A DNA stretch of 64,000 nt, from assembly GCF_009914755.1 (NCBI RefSeq), contig NC_060935.1, one strand, 5' to 3'. Shown here piece by piece: positions 1 through 17,699 of this stretch. Made by a program: the position numbers and the translations under genes. A model generated the notes under the pieces. The model saw nothing but the letters and a program-made list of their open reading frames with translations, did no database searches and was not told the DNA's origin. How positions within the stretch are numbered: position 1 is the stretch's first letter; every line of letters begins with the position of its first letter. This DNA comes from the human T2T-CHM13v2.0 reference genome, Homo sapiens.

Positions 1-533
1 ATCCTGAGTGCCCTAGTGCAGCCAACTATTAGGTGACCATTGGACCCAGTTTGCTTAGTGTTGAAGGGGTTCCTCGGACATGGGACTTTCCATTTTAAAA
101 CTGAAATTGGCAAACTGAGATGAGTTAAAATCCTACCATGTAACAACCCCTCAAATCTTCCCTCCGTCCTGCTCAACCTAAAGTTAACTTCTCTTAAAGC
201 ATTCACATAAGTGCTAGGACATGCCTCCAGGGATGACATAATCATGGCCAAACAAACAAGAGTCCTGATTCCAGAGGCCATCAGGCCTAAAAGGAGTAGT
301 GCAGGAAGCTGTGCTCCCATGGCCAGTCCCAGATTCAGGTACATACGTACTGAGCTATTTTCTGCAGATCTCTGGCCTAAGGCCTTCTGAGAGACATTCT
401 AGGCCCACATGCACCCATGGCTGGAGTCAGTCAAAGCCAAGAGCCTGTTTCCCAGACTCTATGCTACATCCTGCCCCTGCCCTCCTGACACCCCTGGGGT
501 GCCTGGTGAACTGAAGCTAGCACCGAGAAGCAC

Positions 534-862
<329 letters not shown>

Positions 863-910
863 TAATGTCCCTCTCAGGTCCCTTCCCCCACCCACCTGGA
901 GTAGCCTTAC

Positions 911-965
911 CTTGCGAGAGAAGGGTAGCCAGTACCAGGCCAGAGAGAAACGTGCTATGTTCCAT
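911..965 (-). CDS. CD3D: CD3 delta chain, coding part of exon 1 (signal peptide); rest of the gene lies outside the window
   Basis: Minus strand ATG at 965 (GAGATGG) reads [18 protein letters not shown], then donor CAAG|GTAAGG at 910; 55 nt. Confidence 0.97.
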
Positions 966-1439
966 CTCCCAGCGGAACTCATCCAGTAGATAAAGCCAGG
1001 TCACCGAACTATCAGCCTGGGTGAGAGCTGCCCTCCCCTAGCTGACTCACAGGTACCGGAAAGAGGAGAGTGGGGGAGGAACTAGAAGATGTCTGCTTCT
1101 CTGCTTTCTGCCGTTGATGGTGGGAAATTTTCAGAGTGGGGGTGGGCTAGGGGTAGGGTAGGAAGGAAGCGGTGTAAATTGCTCTATCTCTGAGCAGGGA
1201 GCTGGCAGAGAATATGGAAAAGGTGGCCTGAACTTTAGCGTCCCTATTGACAATGCAACCACATTTACACACAACCTAAACACTGCCACATCTCGAAGCC
1301 CCTTGAGAGAAGCCGTCGGCCCCATAGCGCAAGCCGTAGCAGCTAGATTTCTCATGGAGGCTGATCTTTCTCAGGACCCTTCACTAGGCAGCCAGGGACA
1401 CCAGATCTAGCAGCTTCTTGTCAGTGGGAGGTTGGGCTT

Positions 1440-1620
1440 TAGAGACCCCAGCCAGAGATTTGAATCCTGGGTCCAATACTGCCTACCTGTGGGGCCTGGG
1501 CCAGCCATAAAATTTTTCAGAGTCTTATTCCATTAGTACCATTATTAGGATTCAAACAAGATATTTGCATGGTGCCTCACGCATCATATGTGCTCATTAA
1601 GGGGTAGTTATTAATAATAA
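1440..1620 (+). mobile_element. MIR fragment
   Basis: tttgaatcctgggtcc...gtgctcattaa...ttattaataa resembles the MIR core. Confidence 0.5.
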
Positions 1621-1970
1621 TATAATTGACTGACAGGCAATATTGAGCCTCCCGGTGAGACAAATGGACCTTTTTCCCCTGTGGCCTACGAGGATCTGAA
1701 ACTCTTCACGCTGCTGCAGTTAGACTGTCACTTACCTGGGGACAGAGTCATGCCTGTCTTGCTCACTGCTGTATCTTGTGCCTGGCACATAACGGGAGCT
1801 CTGCACATTTTTGTTGGCTCACTGACTGACTGGCTGAGGGAGATAGGGGCCTGAGATCCTGGACATTCAGTCCGGGCTCTGGCCCCTGAAAATGTGCTGG
1901 CCTGTCCTCAGAATTGTTCCACCTATTGCCTTCCAGGCGCCTCTTTCATGATCTCAAAAGAATAGTGAAA

Positions 1971-2352
<382 letters not shown>

Positions 2353-2777
2353 CTAAATTCATTACCTATAGCAACAACAACTAGCAACAAGTAACAACTG
2401 GCTACGATCCTAACAACTAATGACAGGGACATTTATCTCCCTCATGAAGAAACGGTCCCAGGACCATCTCCCACCCAGCATCCATTGCGGTTCCCTGTGC
2501 AAGATGAGTCTCTGAGTGGGAATCCAGCACTCTCTCCCTCTTCTTCCCCACCACCTTCACCCTCCTTAACGGAAAAACAAAAGGCATCTGCACCTGCAGC
2601 CCTGCTGAGGCCCCTGCTGCTCACACTTGCAGCAGAGGGTGGAGGCTCTGGGTTCTTGCCTTCTCTCAAAGGCCCCAGCCCCAACAGTGATGGGTGGAGC
2701 CAGTCTAGCTGCTGCACAGGCTGGCTGGCTGGCTGCTAAGGGCTGCTCCACGCTTTTGCCGGAGGACAGAGACTGAC

Positions 2778-2832
2778 ATGGAACAGGGGAAGGGCCTGGC
2801 TGTCCTCATCCTGGCTATCATTCTTCTTCAAG
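2778..2832 (+). CDS. CD3G: CD3 gamma exon 1 (signal peptide)
   Basis: MEQGKGLAVLILAIILLQ then CAAG|GTAAGG; 55 nt. Confidence 0.97.
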
Positions 2833-4282
2833 GTAAGGGCCTACTAGGGGTCTGGAAGCCTGGGGAAGGGCTCAAGGGAAGAGCCCATCACTAGTGAGAC
2901 AGGAATATTGGTATCCCTAACCTTCAGCCTACCTCTGCTGTCACCTTAGAGTTCAAAGAAGGGCAAAATGGAGGCTCTTAACTGTTCTCTGCTAGAGAGA
3001 AACAGTGTCCCATGGAGGAGAAGGAATCCTTGTCTCTGAAAAATGCAAACAGAGTACTTAAATGGCTGAAGAGAGGACCCTGTTACCGCCATCTTAGATT
3101 TGAATGCAGCCCAAAAGGGCATAGGCCAAGAAACTAAAAGGAAAAAGTATATGTTCCCTACTTCAGAGCTGGGGGCTAGCAGTCGACCTAGGAAATGTCC
3201 ATTCACTCAGTTGGGCAGTTGGCCAATTGGTCAACAAAGATGGGTGAGACCCTAATATGTGATATGCCATGAGGAAATAAAAATGAATAAAACACTTATG
3301 CTCTACAGAACTCATAGTCTCATTGGAGAGATTAGTTTTCATGGTGCCAGACTGAGTGTACAGTATAGTATGGGTGCCTGCATGAATACTCCATTGGACT
3401 ATCCAATAGGAAGTGGATGAACTGGGTTGATGCCTGGAGTCTGGACATCCTGGGAAAGTTAAAACCATGGAATTTGCTGAAGTCACACAAGTACTATGTG
3501 AGGAAGAGGGAGCTGAAGATGGAACAGTGAGGGCACCAATTTTAAGGGGCAGTTAGAGAAAAAAAAACATTCCAGGAAAGAGATAAAAGGAGAATCAAAG
3601 AGCTGAAATAATCAAATGTATGCACTACCTTGGAAACCAAGAGAGTAGAGAGCTTCTAGAAGAAGAGAATTACCAAGAGTATAAAATGTTAAAGAGAGCC
3701 CACTAATATAAGAATATATTTAAAAGTTTAAGTCTGCGGGATGTGGCAGAATATGCATCATGGGTGATTTAGCACAGTTTCAGCAGGGTATTGTGAGTGG
3801 AAGCCAAGTGAAAATTGGTAGAAGGTGAAGGTCAGGTGATGAGGTCAGCAAGTGTAGACTATTCTTTAAAGAAATTTGGATGAGGAGGGAGAAAAGACTG
3901 GGTGGTAGGTAGAGGAGGAAGTAGAGTCTAAGAATAAATGTTTTTGAGGGTGAGAGAAACTTGAGCACATTTCTAGGCTAAAGGAGAAGATGATGAGTAG
4001 AGCAAGGTCCTGGAGTTGATGGTGGAAGGACAGAGTCAAGAGTGGGGTCAAGAGCACAGAGGGGAAGGCAACGTTACCCTCTAAGACCAGGAGAAAGGAA
4101 GTGCAAACGGCACTGGCCACAAATAGGTTTATAAAGGGAAAGGAAGCTAAAGGAGAAAGGACAATAACAACTTCCGTGTTCTAAAAAATCCAGGTGGGAG
4201 GCAATGCCACCTGCTGAAACTGAGCTGGGTGATGACCGGTTGGGAGACTTGAAGAGGACAGTGAGAGTTTAGAATAGAATTA

Positions 4283-4853
<571 letters not shown>

Positions 4854-4874
4854 TCACTCAGATATGCAACATTA

Positions 4875-5297
<423 letters not shown>

Positions 5298-5967
5298 TTA
5301 GAAACCTCTTTAACTGTTTGTCTTGCCTTTTCTCCCATTTGCTCATTTATTCATTTGCACATTCATTCAACAAATAAAGTTCCTACCATGTTCCAGACAC
5401 TGCACTGGATACTGTTCAAAAATAATCCCGCCCTGCATGAGGTTCTAAGACAGTTCACTTCTTGTATTTCCATTATACTTTGACTCATGACCGCCTCTCC
5501 CTATCACACACACTCCACCTCTAGCCACACTACCTCTCTTGTCCTTTTCCAAAGCTGCATCTTATTCAGCTATTCTTTCTACTCAGAATGACTTTCTCTA
5601 TCTGGTATATTCTTGCTTACTCTTCAAGGCCCAGACAAATGTCGTTTCCTCTATTAAGCTTTCCCTGATCCTCACCCTTGGACAAAATTAATAGCTTCTA
5701 CCCTTTTTTCATATGCAGTCATATAAGCACTAAAAGATAATGTATACATTCTATTAAATTAATTGCATATATGTTTTAATTTTTTCACTTCATTCATAAA
5801 CTTTGGAAGCAGCAGTTGATTCTTCATATCAGCACTCTTTTCTTTCATAATATCTAATTATTTTAGGTCATAATAGTCCTCGTTAAATGTTTGGATTAAA
5901 TCTAATTGAATTGAATTCAAGTGCCAGATCTCTGTAATATGTCTACCATGCAACTCTACTACCCTAA

Positions 5968-6271
<304 letters not shown>

Positions 6272-6449
6272 GTCAACTCTGAGTTATGAGACAGATTTGA
6301 GGACTAATTGAAAAGCTAACTTCCCTGGGACATCCAGGGTTTTTATAATAAAAGGATCACCAAGGCTGAATATTTTATAAGGAACTCAGCCTAAAGGTTT
6401 TGGATAGTGCACACCCACTCCTTGCCAGGGCATTAGCTGCTCAAGAAGC

Positions 6450-7205
6450 AGAGTGTTCTGGACTGGATAGGCAATATCCTTACTTACATATACTACAATA
6501 CAATTCTGATGCTAACCCCCCAAATTAGTGTCAGACCCTACAGGTTAAGAGCATGGTTCCCAACCAGATTGCCCTCACTTTAAATGCCAGCTACAAGTTC
6601 AGGGTACCCCAGACCACTCACATTTCTGACAAACTGCCTGCAATCTTAAGGATTCCCATGACCCTCCTCATTGATAATTTGCTAGAATAACTCACAGAAT
6701 TTAAGAAAGTGCTGTACTTCCTATTTCAGTTTTATTAAAAAAAAAATAAAATCAGAACCAGCTAAATGAAAAGGGCAAGGTCTAGGAGGGTCCCGAACAC
6801 AGAGCCTCCGTGCCCTCTCCCCGTGGAATTAGAACACATCGCCCCCAGCACTCTCCCACACTCTGCCAGCACATTGATGGGTTCACCAACCAGGAAGCTC
6901 CACCAAGTTTTTATTGAGGTATCTTTACATAGGCATGATTGATTGAATCATTGGCCGCTTGACTGATCTCAATCTCTAGGATCCCTTCCTGGGGCTGATA
7001 CCACTAGTTTCAAAGCTGCAATCCTCTTACCATATGGTTGGTCTTGACCAGCACCATCCTGAGTCATTGCCATGCATAAACTCAGGTATGGTCTAAGGAT
7101 CCACCACAGATAACAAAGCCACTCCTGTCACTCATGAAATTCCAACGGTTAGAAACACCCTCCCAGGATACCAGGACAAAGATGAGACAAATTGTTTATT
7201 ATCAC
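6450..7205. mobile_element. MER21-family solo LTR
   Basis: caattctgatgctaac...gtcagaccctacaggttaagag...aatttgctagaataactcacagaa matches recalled MER21 consensus blocks. Confidence 0.65.
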
Positions 7206-7379
7206 CTTGAATTCAATTGAGTGATTTAGTCTACAATCCGGAAAACTAAGTATAGATACTACCATTTTCATGGATTTGGATCTTTCTTCATCTTGGCCTC
7301 AAATAACCATGGAAATACTTCAGGGCATCTGAACAACTCCATGCCCAGCTAATACTCTATCTCTCTTCTGTCTTTACAG

Positions 7380-7403
7380 GTACTTTGGCCCAGTCAATCA
7401 AAG
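7380..7403 (+). CDS. CD3G: CD3 gamma exon 2 (24-nt micro-exon)
   Basis: tctttacag|GTACTTTGGCCCAGTCAATCAAAG|gtagga; (G)TLAQSIK(G). Confidence 0.95.
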
Positions 7404-7640
7404 GTAGGAGAAATGGCTTCTTTCTATACTCAGACTCAGAATATTGACGGAAATTTGGCTTCCTACAACAGTAGTCCTACAGGAGCGAACAGTTTAGAAT
7501 GAATGAAATGACGGGGATAGAGAGGTGATGTCTCTATTGTCAACCAAATCAGTGACCTGACATAACCTGTTCCGGGCAGCTTGCCTGTAGCTAAGCATTT
7601 AACTGGTCTCTTACAGGAGAAGCAGGACCCTAGTAGCTAG

Positions 7641-8328
<688 letters not shown>

Positions 8329-8904
8329 TAATCCCCTTTGGTCTGTTTGTTGTGAAATTAATCAGTATTTGCTGTTCTGGTGAGCTTTTTATCTGGGGTG
8401 AAAGTGGAAATAGATCCTCAACAGTAATATTATCGCCTGTTCTCTTAATTTCAGCTTGCCTCTTTTAAAATACTGTAAGATACTTCCCTCACCCTATTGA
8501 AAAACTACAGCCAGTCCTGTAAAATTTTGTTTACCTTTGGGTGGGCTCCATGGATTCAAGCAATTCAGCACTGAGTTGAATGAAGGGGTTGGGGAGACAG
8601 AGGTGATCATAAGGTGAGCAGCAGTGAGAACTGGAGCGCAGTGGAGCATGAAGAGTATCTAGTCTTCCTTCTGTTCCAGATACTTCCTGGTAGTTAGACT
8701 ACATGGGCTTCCCCAGGAATCCTGGGGGACTTAAGAGCATCAAGATGCATTGAGTTTTGGCGCAAGGATCTTCCCTTGCCCTGCCACCCACAGAGGAAAA
8801 GCCTGCTGCCCTCCACAGCGGCATTATTGCAGACAGGCAGGAGAAAACGAACCAGGAAAAACAACTTTCGCAACCTGAAGGTTTGTCTCTCCTTTTCCCT
8901 ACAG

Positions 8905-9036
8905 TGTGTCAGAACTGCATTGAACTAAATGCAGCCACCATATCTGGCTTTCTCTTTGCTGAAATCGTCAGCATTTTCGTCCTTGCTGTTGGGGTCTACT
9001 TCATTGCTGGACAGGATGGAGTTCGCCAGTCGAGAG
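8905..9036 (+). CDS. CD3G: CD3 gamma exon 4 (CxxC stalk, transmembrane helix with Glu)
   Basis: (M)[43 protein letters not shown]; 132 nt. Confidence 0.97.
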
Positions 9037-9262
9037 GTAAAAGAATGCTCTTAGATGAGAGATGGGACCACCTGAGACCCTCAGCTTTCCTCCTACCATT
9101 ATGTACCCAATAGAAGAGACTGAGTTGGTGCTTCTTGCTAGTGTGCATAGTTGGGTGAGGCTGTATTTCTCTGAGACAGGAGAAAGGATACTTGGTGTTA
9201 TCACAGCATGTTCACCTGTCTCAAGATACAGCTCCCTCTGTGAAAAAAAAAAAAAAAAAAAA

Positions 9263-9560
9263 CAGGCGCAGTGGCTCACGCCTGTAATCACAACACTTTG
9301 GGAGGCCGAGGCGGGCAGATCACGAGGTCAGGAGATCGAGACCATCCTGGCTAGCACGGTGAAACCCCGTCTTTACTAAAAATACAAAAAATTAGCCGGG
9401 CGTGGTGGCGGGTGCCTGTAGTCCCAGCTACTCTGGAGGCTGAGGCAGGAGAATGGCATGAACCCGGGAGGCGGAGCTTGCGTGAGCCGAGATCGTGCCA
9501 CTGCACTCCAGCCTGGGCGACAGAGCAAGACTCCGTCTCAAAAAAAAAAAAAAAAAAAAA
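9263..9560 (+). mobile_element. AluY-like element in CD3G intron 4
   Basis: gagatcgagaccatcctggcta, ggagcttgc diagnostic positions; CpGs retained; A-runs on both sides. Confidence 0.92.
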
Positions 9561-9981
9561 CTATTTTAAGTAAACCCTTACATACAGAAAAGTGAATCAC
9601 AAGCATACAGCTCAAAAAAAAAATTCACAGAGCAAATACACCCATGCAGCCAGCACATAATTTAAGAAAGACAATATTACCAATGCCATTGAAGCCCCTC
9701 CTGTGGTCACTTCCAGCCACTACCCATCCTCAAGAGTGAGCATTGTCCTGACTTCTAACAACAAGGATTAACTTTGCTTGTTTTTGTCCTTTATGTAAAT
9801 GGACTCATATACTAAGTATTCTTGTGAGTAGCTTCTTTCACTCAACAACATGTTTATGTGCTTTATCCATACTCTTGTGTATATATAAAACTCTTATTGT
9901 TATTTAGTATTCCATTTTGTGAATATAACCCAATTTATTATGCATTCTACCTTGTGTGGATTCTGTTTCTTTTTTGTGCAG

Positions 9982-10025
9982 CTTCAGACAAGCAGACTCT
10001 GTTGCCCAATGACCAGCTCTACCAG
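9982..10025 (+). CDS. CD3G: CD3 gamma exon 5 (di-leucine motif, first ITAM tyrosine)
   Basis: (A)SDKQTLLPNDQLYQ; tgtgcag acceptor, CAG|gtaagg donor; 44 nt. Confidence 0.96.
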
Positions 10026-10213
10026 GTAAGGGGATGAAGAATAAAAGAGACATTGCTGTAATTAGTGGGGGTAAATCTTTGGGATTGAGGGGCATGTTAT
10101 TTGGAAGATCCTATACAGGTAAGAAACTGCTAACAGCATACCAGATGATGAGATCAGTTTGGGTAGAATAAATGAACTAAAGAGAAGGATTGACAGAGAC
10201 TGAGGTCAGGATC
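10026..10213 (+). repeat. Source arm of the 188-bp inverted repeat (5' end of CD3G intron 5)
   Basis: Begins at the donor GT; complementary to 7693-7880. Confidence 0.95.
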
Positions 10214-10295
10214 TAGTGAGCACAAGTTGAAGAACACACTGAGAGGGACACACGAAGAAACTCTCGACAGGCTGGGCACTCACTATAGACAGGCC

Positions 10296-10686
<391 letters not shown>

Positions 10687-10757
10687 TCAATAAACATGCA
10701 TCAAATTAATTAATAGAGGATGGAAAAAATGACTTATGACTGTGCTGTCCTTTCCAG

Positions 10758-10823
10758 CCCCTCAAGGATCGAGAAGATGACCAGTACAGCCACCTTCAAG
10801 GAAACCAGTTGAGGAGGAATTGA
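10758..10823 (+). CDS. CD3G: CD3 gamma exon 6 coding part (rest of ITAM, stop); exon continues to 10841
   Basis: [24 protein letters not shown]; donor TAG|gtgggt after 10841. Confidence 0.97.
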   Translation, partial: [21 protein letters not shown]

Positions 10824-11117
10824 ACTCAGGACTCAGAGTAGGTGGGTTCTTCAATGCCAATTCTAATAAAGGACCCTTGCATCAACTGCCCTCGCAATTG
10901 CTTCTAAGTCTAGCTCCCTTCCCTAAGCGGCTATAAGCATCAGACTCTGGGGATCAGGGATTGGGACGTGGTTTGGGGTACTCTTTTCTAAAAATTCTGG
11001 GGCCATACTGATTGTCTTGGCCTAGGTAAATATGAATTTTATGTATCTGTAAATCCTGTCAGAGCAGGGCCTCAAGCCATAGAGATGCTGAATATTAATC
11101 TTAACCTACATTTGAAT

Positions 11118-11331
11118 TTCTCATTATCTACACTATTAACATTTTGGGCTAATTAATTATTTGTGATGAGGGGCTAGCCTGTGCATTGTAGGAGTTATGG
11201 AAGCATCCCTGGCCTCTCTCCACCAGATGCTGGTAGATTGTCCAGTGTGACAATCAAAAATGTGTCCAGACATTACCAAATGTGTCCAAACATCACCTCC
11301 AGGGCAAAATCACCCTTAGTTAAGAACCACT
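11118..11331 (-). mobile_element. MER20 DNA-transposon fossil
   Basis: cactattaacattttggg...gcatccctggcctct...gggcaaaatcaccc...aagaaccact; internal 20-bp tandem duplication 11258-11297. Confidence 0.75.
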
Positions 11332-11627
11332 AACCCATATTAACCTTCCAATCAATAAATCAATCAGTCAGAAGTTATGATTTAATTAATCTATCTGAAG
11401 TTTCTATCAGGAAGACAGGGTTGAAAGCATTATTTGTTTTTTTTGAACAAATTGCAATTTTTCTTTTTTCAGTCCAGGTGTTCTCCTCCTATTCAGTTCC
11501 CAGAATCAAAGCAATGCATTTTGGAAAGCTCCTAGCAGAGAGACTTTCAGCCCTAAATCTAGACTCAAGGTTCCCAGAGATGACAAATGGAGAAGAAAGG
11601 CCATCAGAGCAAATTTGGGGGTTTCTC

Positions 11628-11645
11628 AAATAAAATAAAAATAAA
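11628..11645 (+). terminator. CD3G: Cluster of overlapping AATAAA polyadenylation signals in the CD3G last exon
   Basis: aaataaaataaaaataaa followed by TGTGTTT; a more distal 3' end cannot be excluded. Confidence 0.6.
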
Positions 11646-11805
11646 AACAAATACTGTGTTTCAGAAGCGCCACCTATTGGGGAAAATTGTAAAAGAAAAA
11701 TGAAAAGATCAAATAACCCCCTGGATTTGAATATAATTTTTTGTGTTGTAATTTTTATTTCGTTTTTGTATAGGTTATAATTCACATGGCTCAAATATTC
11801 AGTGA

Positions 11806-12184
<379 letters not shown>

Positions 12185-12589
12185 TAAAACCAGTTTCTTA
12201 TATATCTCTCTGGAGGTATTCTAGGCATATATGAGCACATTCTCAAGTACATATTATCCTCCCTTCCCCTATCTTTTAGACAAATGATATCAAACTATAC
12301 ATCTTGTGAGATTATTGCATACCATTATATGAAGATACCATTATATCCTTTTTAATGCAACCATATTGTACAAATAGACTATGATTTATTTAACCTGTTA
12401 TCTATCAGTGGATATTTAAGTTGGTAGTTGGTTCCAATCTTTTGCTCTTACAACAATTCTGCAATGACTAACATTGTATAAATATCATTTTTAAAAATAA
12501 TTGCATTGAAGCATAATGTACATGCCATAAAATCCACCCATCTTAAGTGATTTCACCTGTTCTCAGAAATTTTTAGTAAATTTAACTAA

Positions 12590-13440
<851 letters not shown>

Positions 13441-13565
13441 CTAACAATAAATGTGATTTTGAACATACATAAGACTATTTGTAACAAACACAAATAAATT
13501 GAATTGTTGGGCACTTGTATTTGCATTTGTAATTTTATTAACTATTGCCAAATAGCAGTTGTAAA

Positions 13566-14206
13566 CACGTACACACACACAAGTGTATATACACATATAC
13601 ATATATATACATATACATGTATGCATATATGCATATATACATATATGCATATATACACATATATACATATATACACATATACATATATGCATATATACAC
13701 ATATATACACATATACATATATGCATATATACACATATATACATATATACACATATACATATATGTATATATACACATATACGTATATTGTATATATACA
13801 CATATACGTATATGTATATATACAATATACGTATATGTATATATACACATATACACATGTATATATACACACATGTATATATACACATATACACATATGT
13901 ATATATACACATATACACATATGTATATATACACATATACACATATACATATATGTATATATACACATATACATATATGTATATATACACATATACATAT
14001 ATGTATATATACACATATACACATATACACATACATATATGTGTATCTACACATATACACATATACACATATACGTATACGTGTATATACGTAGATACAC
14101 ATATACATATATACACACGTGTGTATATACGTATATACACACGTGTGTATATACGTATACACACATATATGTGTGTATATACGCATACACACATATACGT
14201 ATATAT
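13566..14206. repeat. Compound (TA/CA/TG)n microsatellite, ~640 bp
   Basis: Almost uninterrupted purine-pyrimidine alternation (TATACACA, TATGTA, TACG units). Confidence 0.97.
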
Positions 14207-14513
<307 letters not shown>

Positions 14514-14642
14514 TAACAACAAACAAAAGTGCCTGTTACTCCATACATGTTCCAACAGTGTATTATTAAACTTTTGAATCATGCCAAACTGAATGGCTTC
14601 TCACTATAATTTTAGTTTACATTTTTCTTATTAAAAATTGGA

Positions 14643-14950
<308 letters not shown>

Positions 14951-15604
14951 CTGGAGTAAACCATTTGTTTTTCCTTCTCATGATACATAAGTTCACATCT
15001 TTGGTCTTTTTCTTATTGACTTACACTAACCCCTTACATATTTGGGAAACTAGGTCTTTTGTGATATTAGTTGCAAGTCTTTTTCCAACTTTATGTGTTT
15101 TTTAACTTTGCTTTAAAAAACACATTGGTTAGTTTTTCACGCACACTTTACAATTATTTGCATGTAGTATAATTCACTGGTCTCCTATGGTCTCTAGGTT
15201 ACGTTTCATATTTAGAAAGTCTTTCTCCATTTTAAAATTATCCTTTTTTAAAAGTTCCCCCATGAATTCCTCTAGCATTTTTATGGTTTTATTTTATGCA
15301 TTTATATCTTTGACCCATCTCGAATTGATTTTAGCATCAGATCTAATGTAGTAACCAACTTTAAATACAGATAGTTACCCAGTTATTCCAGAAATATTAT
15401 TGAATGATTCATTTTGCGTCCATTAATTTTAAATGCTGTTACAACCCCACTCGCCAGATTATAAGCTCCAAGAAGGAAAACACTTACGTTTTTTCACTAT
15501 GGTATCCTTAGGAACTAGAACAGTGGTAGGCACACAAAGATTGCCCAGGGCTTTTTGTGTGTGTGTGGTAAAAGATATGTAACCTAAAATTTACCATTTT
15601 AACC

Positions 15605-15921
<317 letters not shown>

Positions 15922-16668
15922 TAAGTGTACCATTCAATGGCATTAAATATATCCACAATGTGTAGCCATCATCACTACCCATTTCAGAAATTTTTCATCC
16001 TCCTAAACAGAAACTTGGTACCCATTAGACAATAACTCCCATTCGCCTCTCCCTCCAATCCCTGGTGACCTCTATTATACTTTCTCTCTCAAGGAATGTG
16101 CCTATTCTGTGTACCACATATAAACTGAATCATACACTATTTAGTCCTTTCTGTCTGGCTCGTTTCAGTTAGCATAACGTTTTCAAGGTTCATCAATGTT
16201 TCAGCGTGTATCAGAACTTCATTCTTTTTCAAGGCTGAATAAGTCATCTGTAGCTATATACCATATTTTGTTTATGCATTCATCTGTTAATGAACATTCT
16301 GGGTTATTTCTACCTTTTGGTTATTATGAATAGTGCTACTGTAAATATATGTATACAAGTATCTGAGTTCCTGCTTTCAGTTATTTTGAACATCTATATC
16401 AAAGCGGAATTGCTTGATCATGTGGTTATACTATGTTTAACTTTTTGAGGAATCATCAAACTGTTTTTCCAAAAAGTCTGGACTATTTAACATTGCCATC
16501 AGCAACGCATAGGGTTTCAATTTCTCCACATCTGCCAACAATTACTTTCCTTTTTTTTTATAGTAGCCATCCTAGTAGGTATTAAGTGGTATCTCATGAT
16601 TTTTTTTTTCATTTCCCTAAAGACTAGTGGTGTTGAGCACTCTTTCATATGCTTATCCACCATTTGTA

Positions 16669-16996
16669 CAGTTGGCCTTCCATATCTGTGGGCTCTGCAT
16701 CTGTGGCTTCAACCAACCATGAATTGGAAATATTCCAAAACAAATTTCATCTGTATTGAACATGTACAGACTTTTTGTCATTATTCCCTAAACAATACAA
16801 CACTATTTAGATTTATGTTGTATTAGGTATTATAAGTGATCTAGAGATGACTTAGTCATCTCTAGGATGACACAGGAGGATGTGCATAGGTTATATGCAA
16901 ATACTGCATCATTTTATGTAAGGAACTTGAGCATCCTTGGATTTTGGTACCCAAGGGGGTCCTGAAACAAATCCCCCACAGATACCAAGTGGATAG
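16669..16996 (+). mobile_element. MER2 (Tigger-family) DNA-transposon fossil
   Basis: ta|cagttggccttccatatctgtggg...gaacttgagcatcc...aaatcccccacagatacc. Confidence 0.75.
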
Positions 16997-17699
16997 TCAT
17001 TCTCTTGGAATGTATCTTCTTTGGAGAAATGTCTATTCAAGTCCTTTGCCCTTTTTTGAACTGAACTGTTTGGGGGTTTTTCGTTCTTGTAGTTCTTTAC
17101 ATATTCTAGAGATGAATCCTTTATCAGATATATGAGTTGCAACTATTTTCTCTCAATCTGTGAATTTTCACTTGCACAGCGCTTTTAACTCTTGAAAATT
17201 ATGCTGCTTCTATTATTTATGTGTATCCCGATCTCTTGCCCTCGTGACCCGCCCGTCTCAGCCTCCCAAAGTGCTGGGACTACAAGGCGTGAGCCACTGT
17301 GCCTGGCCATCTATGTGTATCTCAAAACAACCTTGTAGGATGTATACTGTCTCCACTTTACAGATAAGAAAACTGAAATCCAATCAAAGATAGCACACTC
17401 CAAAGATTGCTCCAAAGACAGCACAACAATAACAAACTTGTAGTTGTTATTGCTGTTAGTGTTATCCCTTTGAATAATAGAGAGTAACAGAAGCTGCTTC
17501 AAAAAGGTCTAGGACTGGTGGGAAAATAAGAGAGCAGACCCCCAACAGAGGTTGCGAGCAGAGCCAGGGATCACAGAGTTTTATCTGCCCTCGGTACGCT
17601 GATTTCCAAAACCCAGCCTCATATTCTATACTCCAAAGCGCACTGCCAGGTGGGCCAACTCCAGCCCCCACAATCCGATGCCAAGGCCACTTCTTGCCA

